The translations under genes and the position numbers were made by a program. 64,000 bases of DNA from Longimicrobiales bacterium (GTDB lineage: Bacteria > Gemmatimonadota > Gemmatimonadetes > Longimicrobiales > Gaopeijiaceae), in contig CBDFMQ010000002.1 of the NCBI GenBank assembly GCA_965249725.1, forward strand, positions 2,896,750 to 2,960,749. The letters are read 5' to 3'. Positions within the stretch are counted from its first letter, which is position 1, and every line of letters starts with the position of its first letter. Of the stretch, positions 32,031-42,656 are shown piece by piece. A model generated the notes under the pieces. The model ran no database searches. It worked only from the letters and a program-made list of their open reading frames with translations, and had not been told where the DNA came from.

Positions 32031-33080
32031 ATGATGCTCGATCATCCGCGGATCCTGTCATTAGCCACCGCCCACCCCTCTCACGTTCTCGATCAAGGGC
32101 AGGTGGCACAGGCCGCGGGAGGGCTCTTCTCCAACGATTTTTCTGACTTCAGCCGTCTGGCACCCATCTTCGAGCATGCCGGCATCGAGACACGCCATTC
32201 CTGTGTGCCGCTCGAGTGGTACCTCGAACCGCACGACTTCGCCGAGAGGAACCGGATCTACCTCGAGAATGCCGTCGATCTCCTGGAGCGGGTCACCGTG
32301 GACTGCCTGGGTGAAGCAGGACTGGACGCCACCGAGATCGACATGATTGTCACCGTGTCCAGCTCGGGCATCGCAACGCCAAGCCTGGACGCACTCCTCA
32401 TGGCCCGGATGCCCTTTCGGCGAGATATCGGCCGCCTACCGATCTTCGGCCTCGGCTGCGCAGGCGGCGTCTTGGGGATGTCCAGGGCCGCGGCACTCTC
32501 ACAGGCCAATCCCGGATCCCGCATCCTGTTCCTGGTGGTGGAGCTGTGCGGCCTCACCTTCCGCCATGGCGACCGCTCCAAGAGCAATGTCGTGGCGACG
32601 TCGCTCTTCGGTGACGGAGCTGGGGGAGCCATCCTCTCGAGTGAGGGCGATGGACCTGCCATGACGGGTTGGGGCGAGCACTGCTTTCCCGAATCGTTGG
32701 ACGTGATGGGTTGGGACGTGAGCAACGACGGGCTGTCGGTGCTGTTCTCACGGCACATCCCGACCATCGTTCGAGACGAGATGGGGCCCGTCGCGCGCGC
32801 CTTTCTCGAGAGCCACGGTCTCGCCCTCGAGGACGTTTCCAGGTTCGTCTGTCACCCGGGCGGCGCGAAGGTCATCGACGCGCTCGAAGAGATCTTCGAA
32901 TTACACGAAGGCGGGCTCACCGACAGCCGGGCGGTTCTGCGCGATCACGGCAACATGTCGGCCGCCACGGTCATGTTCGTGCTCGAGCACGCGCTGAACG
33001 ATGGGGCCCGGGGACACCTTCTGCTGTCTTCTCTGGGCCCTGGCTTCACGGCCGCATTCGCGCTCGTTGATGCTCCCTGA
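32031..33080 (+). CDS. Type III polyketide synthase
   Basis: GLGCAGG (Cys), LFGDGA, HPGG (His), HGNMS (Asn), GPGF. Confidence 0.93.
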   Translation: MMLDHPRILSLATAHPSHVLDQGQVAQAAGGLFSNDFSDFSRLAPIFEHAGIETRHSCVPLEWYLEPHDFAERNRIYLENAVDLLERVTVDCLGEAGLDATEIDMIVTVSSSGIATPSLDALLMARMPFRRDIGRLPIFGLGCAGGVLGMSRAAALSQANPGSRILFLVVELCGLTFRHGDRSKSNVVATSLFGDGAGGAILSSEGDGPAMTGWGEHCFPESLDVMGWDVSNDGLSVLFSRHIPTIVRDEMGPVARAFLESHGLALEDVSRFVCHPGGAKVIDALEEIFELHEGGLTDSRAVLRDHGNMSAATVMFVLEHALNDGARGHLLLSSLGPGFTAAFALVDAP

Positions 33081-33082
33081 CC

Positions 33083-33580
33083 GTGGGCGTCGTTGAATGG
33101 ACCGTTGCGGTCGTAGGACTCCAACGCCTGGCCGAGCTGGGTTGGTCGCGGAGTAACGAGCAGGCACTCTTCGCCCGTGGTGCGGTCGAGGTCGGTGCCC
33201 GGCACTACCCATTCATTGTCCTACTCCACACGGGGTGGCTGCTCGCCATCCTCGGGTTCGCTCCGAGGAGCGGGGTGCACACCACATTGCTCGCCGCGTT
33301 CGTGGTCCTCCAGGTGCTGCGTCTGTGGATCATCACCACGCTGGGACCGTATTGGACGACGCGGGTGCTCACGGTGGCCGATGCCCCTCGGGTACGCCGC
33401 GGACCCTACCGATGGCTCGATCATCCCAACTACTGGGTCGTAGTGGGCGAGATCGCGCTGCTGCCGGCCGCCTTCGGCGCCTACACCATCGCCGTCGTCT
33501 TTTCGGTGCTGAACGCCATCCTGCTCCTACATCGCATTCGAGTAGAGGAGAAGGCACTGGAAGAGCGCCGGGAGGAGTAG
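33083..33580 (+). CDS. Isoprenylcysteine carboxyl methyltransferase family (BpsB/SrsB-like)
   Basis: QRLAEL, GPYRWLDHPNY, RIRVEEKAL; directly follows the PKS. Confidence 0.9.
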   Translation: MGVVEWTVAVVGLQRLAELGWSRSNEQALFARGAVEVGARHYPFIVLLHTGWLLAILGFAPRSGVHTTLLAAFVVLQVLRLWIITTLGPYWTTRVLTVADAPRVRRGPYRWLDHPNYWVVVGEIALLPAAFGAYTIAVVFSVLNAILLLHRIRVEEKALEERREE

Positions 33581-33619
33581 GGCGGGGGCGGCAGATGGCT
33601 TGAGGAGAATCCGCCCCAC

Positions 33620-33865
33620 TTACAGACCGATCCCCGAGATGTTGCTCGCCACCAGCGTGAAGATCTGGCCCTCTCCGGCGATCATCTCCAGGCGGGTCGT
33701 GAACTCGTCACCGTCGCTCTGAGAGAAAGTGACGCGGATGATCGTGCTGCCTGATTCGTAGGACAGGAAGGACCCTGATGCCAGCGGGGCCTCCTCCACG
33801 GAGGAGCGCATCCAGAGAAGCGCCGCTGCTATCACGAGCACGACGCCGAGGATCTTGGGATTCAT
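33620..33865 (-). CDS. Small hypothetical membrane-anchored protein (possibly a remnant)
   Basis: N-terminal hydrophobic helix; coupled to upstream gene. Confidence 0.4.
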   Translation of the reverse strand: MNPKILGVVLVIAAALLWMRSSVEEAPLASGSFLSYESGSTIIRVTFSQSDGDEFTTRLEMIAGEGQIFTLVASNISGIGL

Positions 33866-33868
33866 GGG

Positions 33869-34333
33869 CTACTTCCCTCCCGGGCAGGGCCTGCGTGCGT
33901 AGCGAACCGCGAAGGCCGGCTCGGACGCGGTGGCCTCCGCATACACGTTCGCGACCAGTGAGTCCGGCGGTACGCGTACGTATTCGATAGCCTGTGGGAA
34001 GTCGTGCTCGGGGTTCTCGAATCGCACGACATCGGGGGACGCACCCGTGGCCCCGAAGTCCGCAGGGTTCTGCCCCGACGGGTGGGCGGAATAGGTGAGG
34101 GTGCCGTCCTTCGTGTGGAGAACCACGAGCTCGTATCCGCGGGCGGAGCCGTCCCGCACGCTCCGCGACATCGCCACCATCATACCCCCTCGGGGCTCCA
34201 TCCAGACCTCGTCCTGACGAGCGCTACCGCTCTCGGCCACCCAGCAGCCGGCCAGCCATGAGGCGACCTCCACGTCGGCTTGAGCGTGGGCGACGATTGG
34301 CCAGGCGACACTCGCCAGAAGCGCCGCCGACAT
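33869..34333 (-). CDS. Secreted DUF6265-like protein (start uncertain)
   Basis: WLAGCW, EVWMEPRGG, FENPEHDFPQAIEY. Confidence 0.7.
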   Translation of the reverse strand: MSAALLASVAWPIVAHAQADVEVASWLAGCWVAESGSARQDEVWMEPRGGMMVAMSRSVRDGSARGYELVVLHTKDGTLTYSAHPSGQNPADFGATGASPDVVRFENPEHDFPQAIEYVRVPPDSLVANVYAEATASEPAFAVRYARRPCPGGK

Positions 34334-34476
34334 GTACGCGAGGAATCGGGACAAGTGAACTCTCGAACGAGGGTGGCAGAGGGTCCTAGGCGTCACGCTC
34401 ACGATAGACCCCCGGCACGATCTCGCAACACCCTCCTCTAGCTTCCACACGACTCACCAACCCATTACCCTCAAGC

Positions 34477-35777
34477 GTGCTCAAACGCTTCCGTGTCGCC
34501 CTCAGAGCCCTCCGCCACCGCAACCTGCGCCTCTTCTTCGCCGGGCAGGGGGTTTCGCTGGTGGGCAGCTGGATGCAGCACGTGGCGATCAGCTGGCTCG
34601 TCTACGAACTGACAGGGTCCGCGCTGATGCTCGGGCTCATCGCCTTCGCGAACCAGTTCCCGATCTTCCTCGTCGCTCCTCTCGCGGGAGCCCTGGGCGA
34701 TCGCTGGAGTCGCTACCGCATGGTAGTCGTGGCCCAGATCGCGGCCATGCTGCAGGCCGTGGTGCTCGCCACTCTGGTGCTGTCCGGCACCATCGAGGTA
34801 TGGCACCTCGTGGCGCTTTCGGCGGTAGCCGGTGTCATCAGTGGGGTGGACATTCCGGTCCGGCAGGCCCTCCTGGTGCGTCTCGTCCGGGGGCAAGAGG
34901 ACCTCCCCAACGCCATCGCCCTCAACTCGTCGATGTTCAATGCCGCGCGCCTGGTCGGTCCAGCCGTGGCGGGGGTGCTCATCGGATGGGTGGGCGAAGG
35001 GCCGATCTTCGTCATCAACGCGGTGAGCTACCTGTGTGTATTGGGGCGCTCGCCGCGGTCCGACTCACGGAAGAGCCCAGTGCGTCGGCGGGCCCCGTCC
35101 TACAGAACATCGCCAGGGGGTTCGTCTACGCCTTTCGATTCCAGCCGATTCGCGACCTGCTCACGCTCCTGACCCTGGTCTCCCTCGTGGGCGTCCCGTA
35201 TGCGGTGCTGCTCCCCGTCTTCGCCAGGGACATCTTGGGCGGCGGGGCGAGCACGTTGGGACTCCTCACCTCGTGCGCGGGCTTCGGCGCCGTGGTCGGT
35301 GCGCTCGCGTTGGCCTCACGCAACACGGTGGTGGGCCTAGGGCGCCTCATCGTGCGAGCCGCGGTTCTGTTCGGCCTAAGCCTGACAGCGTTCGCCTACA
35401 GTGAAGTCCTCTGGTTGTCCTGTGCCCTTCTGGTAACCAGTGGGTTTGCCGTGATGGTCGTGACCGCCTCCATCAACACCATGCTCCAGACCCTCGTGGA
35501 GGATGGAATGCGTGGCCGAGTCATGAGCCTCTACACCATGGCGTTCATCGGAATGTCCCCGGTGGGCAGTCTGGCAGGCGGCGCCATCGCCGCCCGTGTC
35601 GGAGCCCCGCTCGCCGTCGCATTGGGCGGTATAGCGTGCCTGGCGTTGGCGGTTTGGTTCGGACGTCGGCTCGCTCCGCTCCGGGAGATCGTGTACCCGG
35701 TCTACGAGCGCATGGGCATCCTGCCCGAGGTGGCTCGGGGCCTACACACGGCGACGACGTTCCGGCCGAAGAACTAG
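34477..35777 (+). pseudogene. MFS transporter with a single frameshift near 35043-35046
   Basis: ALRHRNLRLFFAGQ..NAIALNS in one frame, MRGRVMSLY in another; one extra G in the GGGG run would restore the frame. Confidence 0.8.
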
Positions 35778-35778
35778 A

Positions 35779-37812
35779 CTACGGCAGCGCCAACGCCGCC
35801 AGCATGTTCGGAATCTGCACCACGACGTGCTGCTTGCCGTTGTGCATGAACGTGCTCAGGCCGTAACGGGGACTGCCCGGCAACTCGACCTGCGCGAGCC
35901 GCTCCCCCGTCGCCTTGTCCACGGCGTACAGGTAAGGCGTTTGGTCACTGCCGTGACCCGTGTACATGAGCAGCGTCTTGGTCACGAGCTGCGCGGCCTG
36001 ACGCCCCGTGCCGGTGTTGGGGATGTCGATTCCCGCTAGCGCCGGGTTGTTCTTCACGAGATTCGGCGTGTCGCCAACCGGGATCCACCAGAGATGTTCG
36101 CCCGTGTTCATGTCGATCGCCGTGATCTTGCTGTACGGCGGCTTGAAGATCGGCATGCCTCGGATGCGACCGAATCTGGCGGAACCGCCTACCGCGTACT
36201 TGTTGATCGTGGTCCCCGTGGGAACGCCAGTGTCGCCGTCCACCTCCTCGCCCGGAACCATGATCCGAGACGAACAGCCCTTCTGAGACGTCACGTAGAG
36301 GATGCCCGTCTCCGGGTCCGCCGCGGGAGTGCCGTCGATGTTCGTTCCGCCGACGTCTCCGGGGCACCAAACTGCGGCGGTCTTGCCGAGATCGTTGTCA
36401 CGGTGGAGCGGTGGAGTGAAGAGCGGTCCGTAGTGATAGTCCTCGAGGAGCGCGAGTGCCTCGGCCCTGAGCTCAGGTGTGAAGTCGATGAGGTCGTCGT
36501 CAGTGAGCCCCTGCAGGTCGTACGCGGCCGGCTTGGTCGGATGCGGCTGCGTGGGAGACAATGCCTCACCTGGCATGAGAGCCGGCGGTGCCGGCCTCTC
36601 CTCGATGGGCCAAATGGGCTCACCCGTCTCGCGGTTGAACGCGTAGGCATAGGCCTGCTTGGTTACCTGCACGACGGCCGGGATATCCACGCCGTCCACG
36701 GTCACATCCATGAGGACGGGTACCTGAGGCGTGTCGTAGTTCCAGATGTCGTGGTGGATCAGCTGGTAGTGCCATACCCGCTCACCGGTCTTCACGTCCA
36801 AGGCGATCAGGCTGGTGCTGAACAGGTTGTCACCCGGACGGAAACCACCCCAGAAGTCGGCGGTCGCCCCGTTTGTGGGGATGTAGACGATGCCGCGCTC
36901 ATAGTCGGCCGAAAGCGGAGCCCACGACGAGATGTCGCCGGTCCACTCCCAAGCGTCGTTCTCCCAGGTCTCGTGTCCGACCTCACCCGGGCCGGGGAGT
37001 ACGTCGAACTTCCAGAGGTGCTCACCGGTCCTGGCGTCGTAGGCCAAGATGTCGCCGGGCACCATCTCTTGGCGGGTCTGGTTGTACCCCTGCTCGGCCG
37101 AGTTGCCCACGATGATCACGTCGTTGACAACGATGGCCGGCGAGGAGCTCGTGATGTAGCCCTTCTCGAGCGGAATACCCTCGGCTACGTCGTACTCGTG
37201 CCCCAGATCGGCGAGGAGATCGACGGTGCCGGCCTCAGGGAAGCCGTCGATCGGAATGGCGCCACCGAAGCCTTCGATCGGCTCGCCCGTGTCGGCGTCC
37301 AAGGCGTGCAGGAAGAACGAGGGAGTCACGACGTAGATCACGTCCCGCCCATCGATCTTCGCGTAGGCGACGCCCTTACCGTGGTTCTTCCGCATGGAGT
37401 ACTCCCACCGGAAGGTGGGGGGCTCCACGAAGGTCCAGATCGTCTCGCCCGTGTCGGCGTCGATCGCGACCACGTGCCGGCGCTCACCGGCCACGCTAAT
37501 CAGCTTGCCATTCACGTAGATGGGGGTAGCCCGTGCGTTCACGTTGGGTAGCTCGGAGCCGTCCCACGTCCACGCCATCTGGAGATCGGCGAAGTTCTCC
37601 GCGTTGATCTGATCGAGGGGCGAGTACCGTTGACCTTGAGCGTTGCCCGAGATGTAGACCCAGTCCCCTTCGTGGGGAGATCCCTGTGGCTCCTGCATGT
37701 CGGTCCCACACCCCGCTGCCACCAGGGCACCGAGCGAGAGAACCAGCCAGGATCCAGCCGGCTGCGACTGCGAGGAACGAGCCTCTCTACTCATGTGAAC
37801 TTCTCCACTCAT
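35779..37812 (-). CDS. PQQ-dependent (glucose dehydrogenase-like) lipoprotein
   Basis: RYSPLDQIN, WHYQLIHHDIWNYD, KPPYSKITAIDMNTGE. Confidence 0.88.
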   Translation of the reverse strand: MSGEVHMSREARSSQSQPAGSWLVLSLGALVAAGCGTDMQEPQGSPHEGDWVYISGNAQGQRYSPLDQINAENFADLQMAWTWDGSELPNVNARATPIYVNGKLISVAGERRHVVAIDADTGETIWTFVEPPTFRWEYSMRKNHGKGVAYAKIDGRDVIYVVTPSFFLHALDADTGEPIEGFGGAIPIDGFPEAGTVDLLADLGHEYDVAEGIPLEKGYITSSSPAIVVNDVIIVGNSAEQGYNQTRQEMVPGDILAYDARTGEHLWKFDVLPGPGEVGHETWENDAWEWTGDISSWAPLSADYERGIVYIPTNGATADFWGGFRPGDNLFSTSLIALDVKTGERVWHYQLIHHDIWNYDTPQVPVLMDVTVDGVDIPAVVQVTKQAYAYAFNRETGEPIWPIEERPAPPALMPGEALSPTQPHPTKPAAYDLQGLTDDDLIDFTPELRAEALALLEDYHYGPLFTPPLHRDNDLGKTAAVWCPGDVGGTNIDGTPAADPETGILYVTSQKGCSSRIMVPGEEVDGDTGVPTGTTINKYAVGGSARFGRIRGMPIFKPPYSKITAIDMNTGEHLWWIPVGDTPNLVKNNPALAGIDIPNTGTGRQAAQLVTKTLLMYTGHGSDQTPYLYAVDKATGERLAQVELPGSPRYGLSTFMHNGKQHVVVQIPNMLAALALP

Positions 37813-38051
37813 GGGACGCTGAGACTGCCTTGGCGCAACGTGCTACTCGCACGCGCGTCGTGCTCTGACACGCATATGGCGGGGTGCGGATAATGGGCCA
37901 GGTCGACCCGGTCGCGCCAGAGTAATGGCCCGCGCATCCGGAGTCGTACGCATGCCGGTGCGCCGTCGCCTGGAGAGGTCTGGGAACCTGCGGGGCGCAC
38001 ACTCCATTCATAGGGCACGGCGATGCCGAAAACCGCTTACCGGACTCAGAC

Positions 38052-38414
38052 ATGATCTTCAAGAAGAAGGAAAACGTGGAGGCGCCGATCCTCCACGCCA
38101 CCGACCAGGACTTCGACACCATCATTTCGGCAGAGCCGGGGGTCACGGTCGTGGATTTCTGGGCCGAGTGGTGCGGCCCATGCCGCATGATGGGCCCCAT
38201 CCTTGACGAAGTCGCGACGGAGCAGGCCGAGCGGGGGGTCCGGGTCGTGAAGGTCAACACAGACGTGGCCACCGAAACCGCCCAACGGTTCAGCATCCGG
38301 TCCATCCCGACGCTGATCTTCTTCAAGGACGGTGAGCCCGAGTTCGAGATGGTGGGGTTGGTGCCGAAGCCGGTGCTGCAGCGGGAGATCGACGGGTTGG
38401 TGGGCGCCGGATGA
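38052..38414 (+). CDS. trxA: Thioredoxin
   Basis: DFWAEWCGPC, IRSIPT. Confidence 0.95.
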   Translation: MIFKKKENVEAPILHATDQDFDTIISAEPGVTVVDFWAEWCGPCRMMGPILDEVATEQAERGVRVVKVNTDVATETAQRFSIRSIPTLIFFKDGEPEFEMVGLVPKPVLQREIDGLVGAG

Positions 38415-38430
38415 CCGGCCTGGCGGACCG

Positions 38431-41115
38431 CTAGTTGCCCGGCCGCTCAGCGAGTTCCTCAGTGAAATTCTGCACGAGGATCAACTCGGTCGTGGCCTCG
38501 TTCCCACCGACCCTACGGAGCATCAGGAAGCGTGAGTCGTCCGGGGCCACGTCGTAGAGGGCGTATTGCTCCGTTTGGCGGAACATGATGTCGGCCCCCA
38601 TCTCGAACAGCACGGTTCTTTCACTCACTGTGGGCGTCGGTCCCATCTGGATCTGCGCCGCCACCATCTCGTCGTCGGCGTTGACATAGAAGAGCTCTCG
38701 TCCGCTGTGGGCCCACTTGGGCATTACGCCGCCCCCGGTCGAGACCGTCCACTTGCCCGCCTCGGTGTCAGGGAAGGGACGCAGGTAGATCTCGTTTTGG
38801 CCGGTTTCGTCAGACTCGTACGCGAGCCAACGTCCATCGGGAGAGAGGGCGATAGCCTTCTCGTCGAAGGGAGTCACCACGAGGGGCTGGGCCACCGAGT
38901 CCGTTCCGATTCGCATCCCAACCACATCCCTGCCACCCGCCACGGTTGTGGTACCTCCGGTTCGCGACAGGAGCCATCCACCGTCCTGAGTATAGTCCAC
39001 CTCCCAGAGCTGCAAATCATGCTCCATCAGCTTCTCGGCGTCTCCAGTGCCGCTCGCTCGTTTGGAGTACACGGCGGAGATCGCGTCCCCCCGACGGGAC
39101 AGAAACGTCACTGCTGATCCGTCCGGCGTCCACCGGGGCCGCACGTCCCACTCCTGGTCGAAGGTCAAGCGAGAAAGGGGTCCTGCAGGCAGCTGCTTGA
39201 TCCAGATGTCGTAGTTGCCGTCGTCCAGGATCGTAACCGCGAGCTGCATTCCGTCGGGCGAGAGGTCCAGACCGCGGTTGTTCGTCCCGGGATCGAAGGA
39301 CCAGTCCGGATCGATGACCGTCTCCTGCCCCTGCCGCGTGACCCAGATCGCCTCGTATCTTATGTTGCCGGGTATTCCAGAGCTGTATACCAATGCTCCG
39401 CTCAGCGAGGCGGAGTAGAAGGCGAGCCTCCCCAGCCGTGGGCGCAACCCCTCGGCTACTGGAGTCGGGGTACCGGTGAAATCCAGCCGCTCCACATCGA
39501 ACGGAGCGGCCATCAGGGTCGTGCCTTCCACCGTCGTGAATAGAAGCCGTCCCGCGCTGTAGCGTGGGAAGAGTCCCGACGTCAGGACCCGGACCTCGCC
39601 CGTCTTGAAGTCCACCGACTCGATCCGTGGGTCTCCACCCTCTGTCGCATCATTGACCTGATATACGGCGCCGGCGCCGCCTGGGGGCACTTCGGCCCAC
39701 AGGTGGGCCCCACCCCCGGAGGCCTCGTCCATCTCGCTAAGGACTTCGGAGGCCCCACCCGCCGAGGGAACTCGACTCAGCCCGCTCTCACGGTTGGTGT
39801 AGTAGATCCAGTCCCCGTCTGGGCCCCACCGCAGGCAGCAGCCTGAATCGACAAGAGTTCGTGAGACGCCTCCCATGACCGGCACGACCCGAATCGAGCC
39901 ACCCTGCCGAAAGGCCACTTCCTGGCCATCGGGAGATACCGCAGGGTAATCGCGGCCTTCCGAGTCCCGGATGGGTGTCGCCTCCAGCGCATCCCAACGC
40001 CTCGTCCAGAGTTGTTTCGAACCTTCGGCCCCACCCGGCCCTTCGTATACGATCAGCGAGCCGTCGCGGGACATATCGAACGTCCCGAAGCCCGTGAGCT
40101 CCTGGTCCACGGGCAGGTGGACTGAAACCCGGGTGACCGGCAAGGGCGGCTGGGGGCGAAGGAACAGTCCGGCGGATATCCCTGCGAATAGCACCGTAGT
40201 GGCAGCAAGCCCCGCGGCGATGCGCTTCCAGAGCCCGGCACCTGCAACCGACTCGGCCGTCTCGGGCTCGCCGTATCGGAAGTGCGGGTCGGTCAGCGCC
40301 TTGCTGAACTCCTGTGCCGTGGTGAACCGATCCGCCGGAAGCTTCTCCAGCGCCTTCCGGATGGCCGCGTCCACATTGGCCGGAATCGAGGAACGTTGCT
40401 CCATCGGGGCGATCGGGGCTCCAGCGATGATCTTGCCCAACACCGCCTGGGCGGTGTTACCCAAGTAAGGCGGCTCACCCACGAGCATCTCGTAGAGCAC
40501 GCACGCCAGGGCGTAGGTGTCCGTCGCGGCCCCCAACATCTGGTCCCCGGTCGCCTGCTCCGGACTCATGTAGTAGGGGGTGCCCACGCTGAGTCCGGTC
40601 TCTGTCAGGCGGCTTCCCCCGGCCGCACCCACCGCCAGGGCGATGCCGAAGTCCGCAACGACCGGCTCGCCGTCCTGGAGCAGGATGTTGGCGGGCTTGA
40701 TGTCACGATGCACCACCTTGTTGCGGTGCGCATAATCCAAGGCGTTCGCAACCGCTGTGGCGATCCGGACTGCCTCGTCCACGGGAAGCTGTTTCTCCCG
40801 GTCGATCAGCTGCCTGAGCGTCTCGTCCTCCACATACGGCATCACGTAGTAGAGGAACGAATCCGCTTCGCCTGAGTCGTGGAGCGGCAGAATGTGGGGA
40901 TGCTGCAGGTTGGCCGTAACCTGGATCTCGGTCAGGAACCGATCCGCACCAACCACCGCCGCCAACTCCGGCTTCAGAACCTTTAGTGCGACCTTGCGAC
41001 TGTGCTTGAGGTCCTGGGCCAGGTAGACGGTGGCCATGCCGCCTTCGCCCACCTCACGATCGATCGCGTATCGATCCTGAAGGGCTGCGGTTAAACGGGG
41101 GAGCAGGTCGTCCAT
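38431..41115 (-). CDS. Ser/Thr protein kinase with TolB/PD40 beta-propeller repeats
   Basis: GEGGMATVY, HRDIKPAN, DFG, GTPYYMSPEQ; SPDG repeats. Confidence 0.92.
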   Translation of the reverse strand: MDDLLPRLTAALQDRYAIDREVGEGGMATVYLAQDLKHSRKVALKVLKPELAAVVGADRFLTEIQVTANLQHPHILPLHDSGEADSFLYYVMPYVEDETLRQLIDREKQLPVDEAVRIATAVANALDYAHRNKVVHRDIKPANILLQDGEPVVADFGIALAVGAAGGSRLTETGLSVGTPYYMSPEQATGDQMLGAATDTYALACVLYEMLVGEPPYLGNTAQAVLGKIIAGAPIAPMEQRSSIPANVDAAIRKALEKLPADRFTTAQEFSKALTDPHFRYGEPETAESVAGAGLWKRIAAGLAATTVLFAGISAGLFLRPQPPLPVTRVSVHLPVDQELTGFGTFDMSRDGSLIVYEGPGGAEGSKQLWTRRWDALEATPIRDSEGRDYPAVSPDGQEVAFRQGGSIRVVPVMGGVSRTLVDSGCCLRWGPDGDWIYYTNRESGLSRVPSAGGASEVLSEMDEASGGGAHLWAEVPPGGAGAVYQVNDATEGGDPRIESVDFKTGEVRVLTSGLFPRYSAGRLLFTTVEGTTLMAAPFDVERLDFTGTPTPVAEGLRPRLGRLAFYSASLSGALVYSSGIPGNIRYEAIWVTRQGQETVIDPDWSFDPGTNNRGLDLSPDGMQLAVTILDDGNYDIWIKQLPAGPLSRLTFDQEWDVRPRWTPDGSAVTFLSRRGDAISAVYSKRASGTGDAEKLMEHDLQLWEVDYTQDGGWLLSRTGGTTTVAGGRDVVGMRIGTDSVAQPLVVTPFDEKAIALSPDGRWLAYESDETGQNEIYLRPFPDTEAGKWTVSTGGGVMPKWAHSGRELFYVNADDEMVAAQIQMGPTPTVSERTVLFEMGADIMFRQTEQYALYDVAPDDSRFLMLRRVGGNEATTELILVQNFTEELAERPGN

Positions 41116-41330
41116 GGCGGACAAGATGCGCCTCCAGCAACGAGAGCCACAAGGATGCCACGGACCGAGTCGGCCGGATCGCGCCCAAGCCGGGGCGCGT
41201 CTCCGGGAGGCACAAACGCCCTCAGGGACTCCCCAACCACTCCGGCAGATCCCGCGGCTCCGGCCGGCGCCCATACAGCACATCGTCTCCCACGATCGCC
41301 ATCAGCCGTTTGGAGCATCAGCGGCTTCCC

Positions 41331-41807
41331 CTACCTGAGAGGATCCGGACACTCTCCCTGATGCCGAGTGTCGGAGAGTTGTGTGACCTTCCAGCCATCC
41401 ACGTCGAGGAGAAGCTCGATGGAGTTGATGCCGCAGTGGCTGATCTCACCATTCGCATAGAACGTGTAGGGAGCCCACACCGACGCCATATTCCCGTCCA
41501 CCTGCACTTCGACGTCGTAGATCCGCTCGTCCCAATTCCCTTCAGATCCGCCGATCGCGTTGATCCAGCCGTCGACTGCCTGACCACGGATGTTGGCTGG
41601 ACCGTTCCGCGAGTCGATGACCGCGAACCGCGCCTCTGCAGCGAAGACGTCCCGGACCATCTGTGAGTTCGCGGTACGCATGCCCACGAATATCTGATCC
41701 ACGGCGGCCCTCACCTCGGGCTCTTGCCCGGCCAGACCTGTGGTGGCCCCCAGCAAGAGTGCGGCGGCACACACGCTGCTCTTCACGCTCAATCTCGATC
41801 TGCCCAT
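41331..41807 (-). CDS. Secreted NTF2-like protein
   Basis: DERIYDVEVQVDGNMASVWAPYTFY..SHCGINS. Confidence 0.75.
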   Translation of the reverse strand: MGRSRLSVKSSVCAAALLLGATTGLAGQEPEVRAAVDQIFVGMRTANSQMVRDVFAAEARFAVIDSRNGPANIRGQAVDGWINAIGGSEGNWDERIYDVEVQVDGNMASVWAPYTFYANGEISHCGINSIELLLDVDGWKVTQLSDTRHQGECPDPLR

Positions 41808-41905
41808 TTCCCCCGACCTCCAGCGTCTGTGACAATCTGTGATCGTCACAAGATTAGGTTCGCACGATCGGGGGGGCCAGCGGCGTCAATCCGACGCGGA
41901 ACGGA

Positions 41906-42592
41906 TCAGTAGTAGAAGCCGAACCCGGCCCCGGAGAGTCGTCGTACCCACAGGGGCCTGGTTCGGCATAGGTACTGGAAGTAGACGTAAAAGCCCCCGA
42001 GTAGCGGCACCCCCACGGTAGCGAGTCCCAGGTACCCCAACAGCACCCGTGGGCGCCACATGGGCTCGTCCAGGTTGAGCCGACCCGGAAGCAGGTACTG
42101 CGTCACGTTGAATGCGACCATGAGCGAGCAGAACTGCTTCGTGTACCACCCCAGGCTTTGGGGCATGACGTCGAAGATCAGCACGTATCGATCACCATCG
42201 CTGTGGTTGTATGCGCCGTGCCAATGTCCGTCGCAAAAGGCTAACACCCTACCCTCTTCCCAGGACACGACCTCACCGCCGACGTGAAGCGCGGTGACCG
42301 GAGCCGCGGCAGGCACATCGATTCCCAAGTGGCACCTTATGTAGCTAGTCGATTCGCCCGCATGAGGCTTCACTTCCGAATGGGCTCCCAACTTCGACAG
42401 GTTGCACATGAACACGTTCGGTATCTGCGATACGACAGCGGCGGTTCGCGGGAGCACGCCGGGGTTGACCGTGCCATAACTCAGCAGGTTGAGCGTCTTC
42501 CACGTCGGGCTCAGGGACAACACGGTGTTGTTGTACGCCGTACTGAATTCCTTGGCTTCGGCATCGCCATCGGCCGCGACGAAGGCCCGGTT
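41906..42592 (-). pseudogene. Asp/Asn beta-hydroxylase-family dioxygenase, 5'-truncated at the prophage boundary
   Basis: PHAGES..IRCHLGI, WEEG..FCD..WHGAYN..RYVLIFD; frame stays open upstream to TAG at 42593-42595 with no convincing start or RBS. Confidence 0.65.
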
Positions 42593-42656
42593 CTACCACA
42601 ATCTAGCAAATACAACACTCTGTGGCCTGGCTTATGGCAAACCGTTGTTTTAGGTG

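Noticed and set aside
35030..35060. Programmed frameshift in the MFS gene
   Set aside because: No canonical slippery heptamer; a single missing G in a G run is better explained by mutation or homopolymer error.
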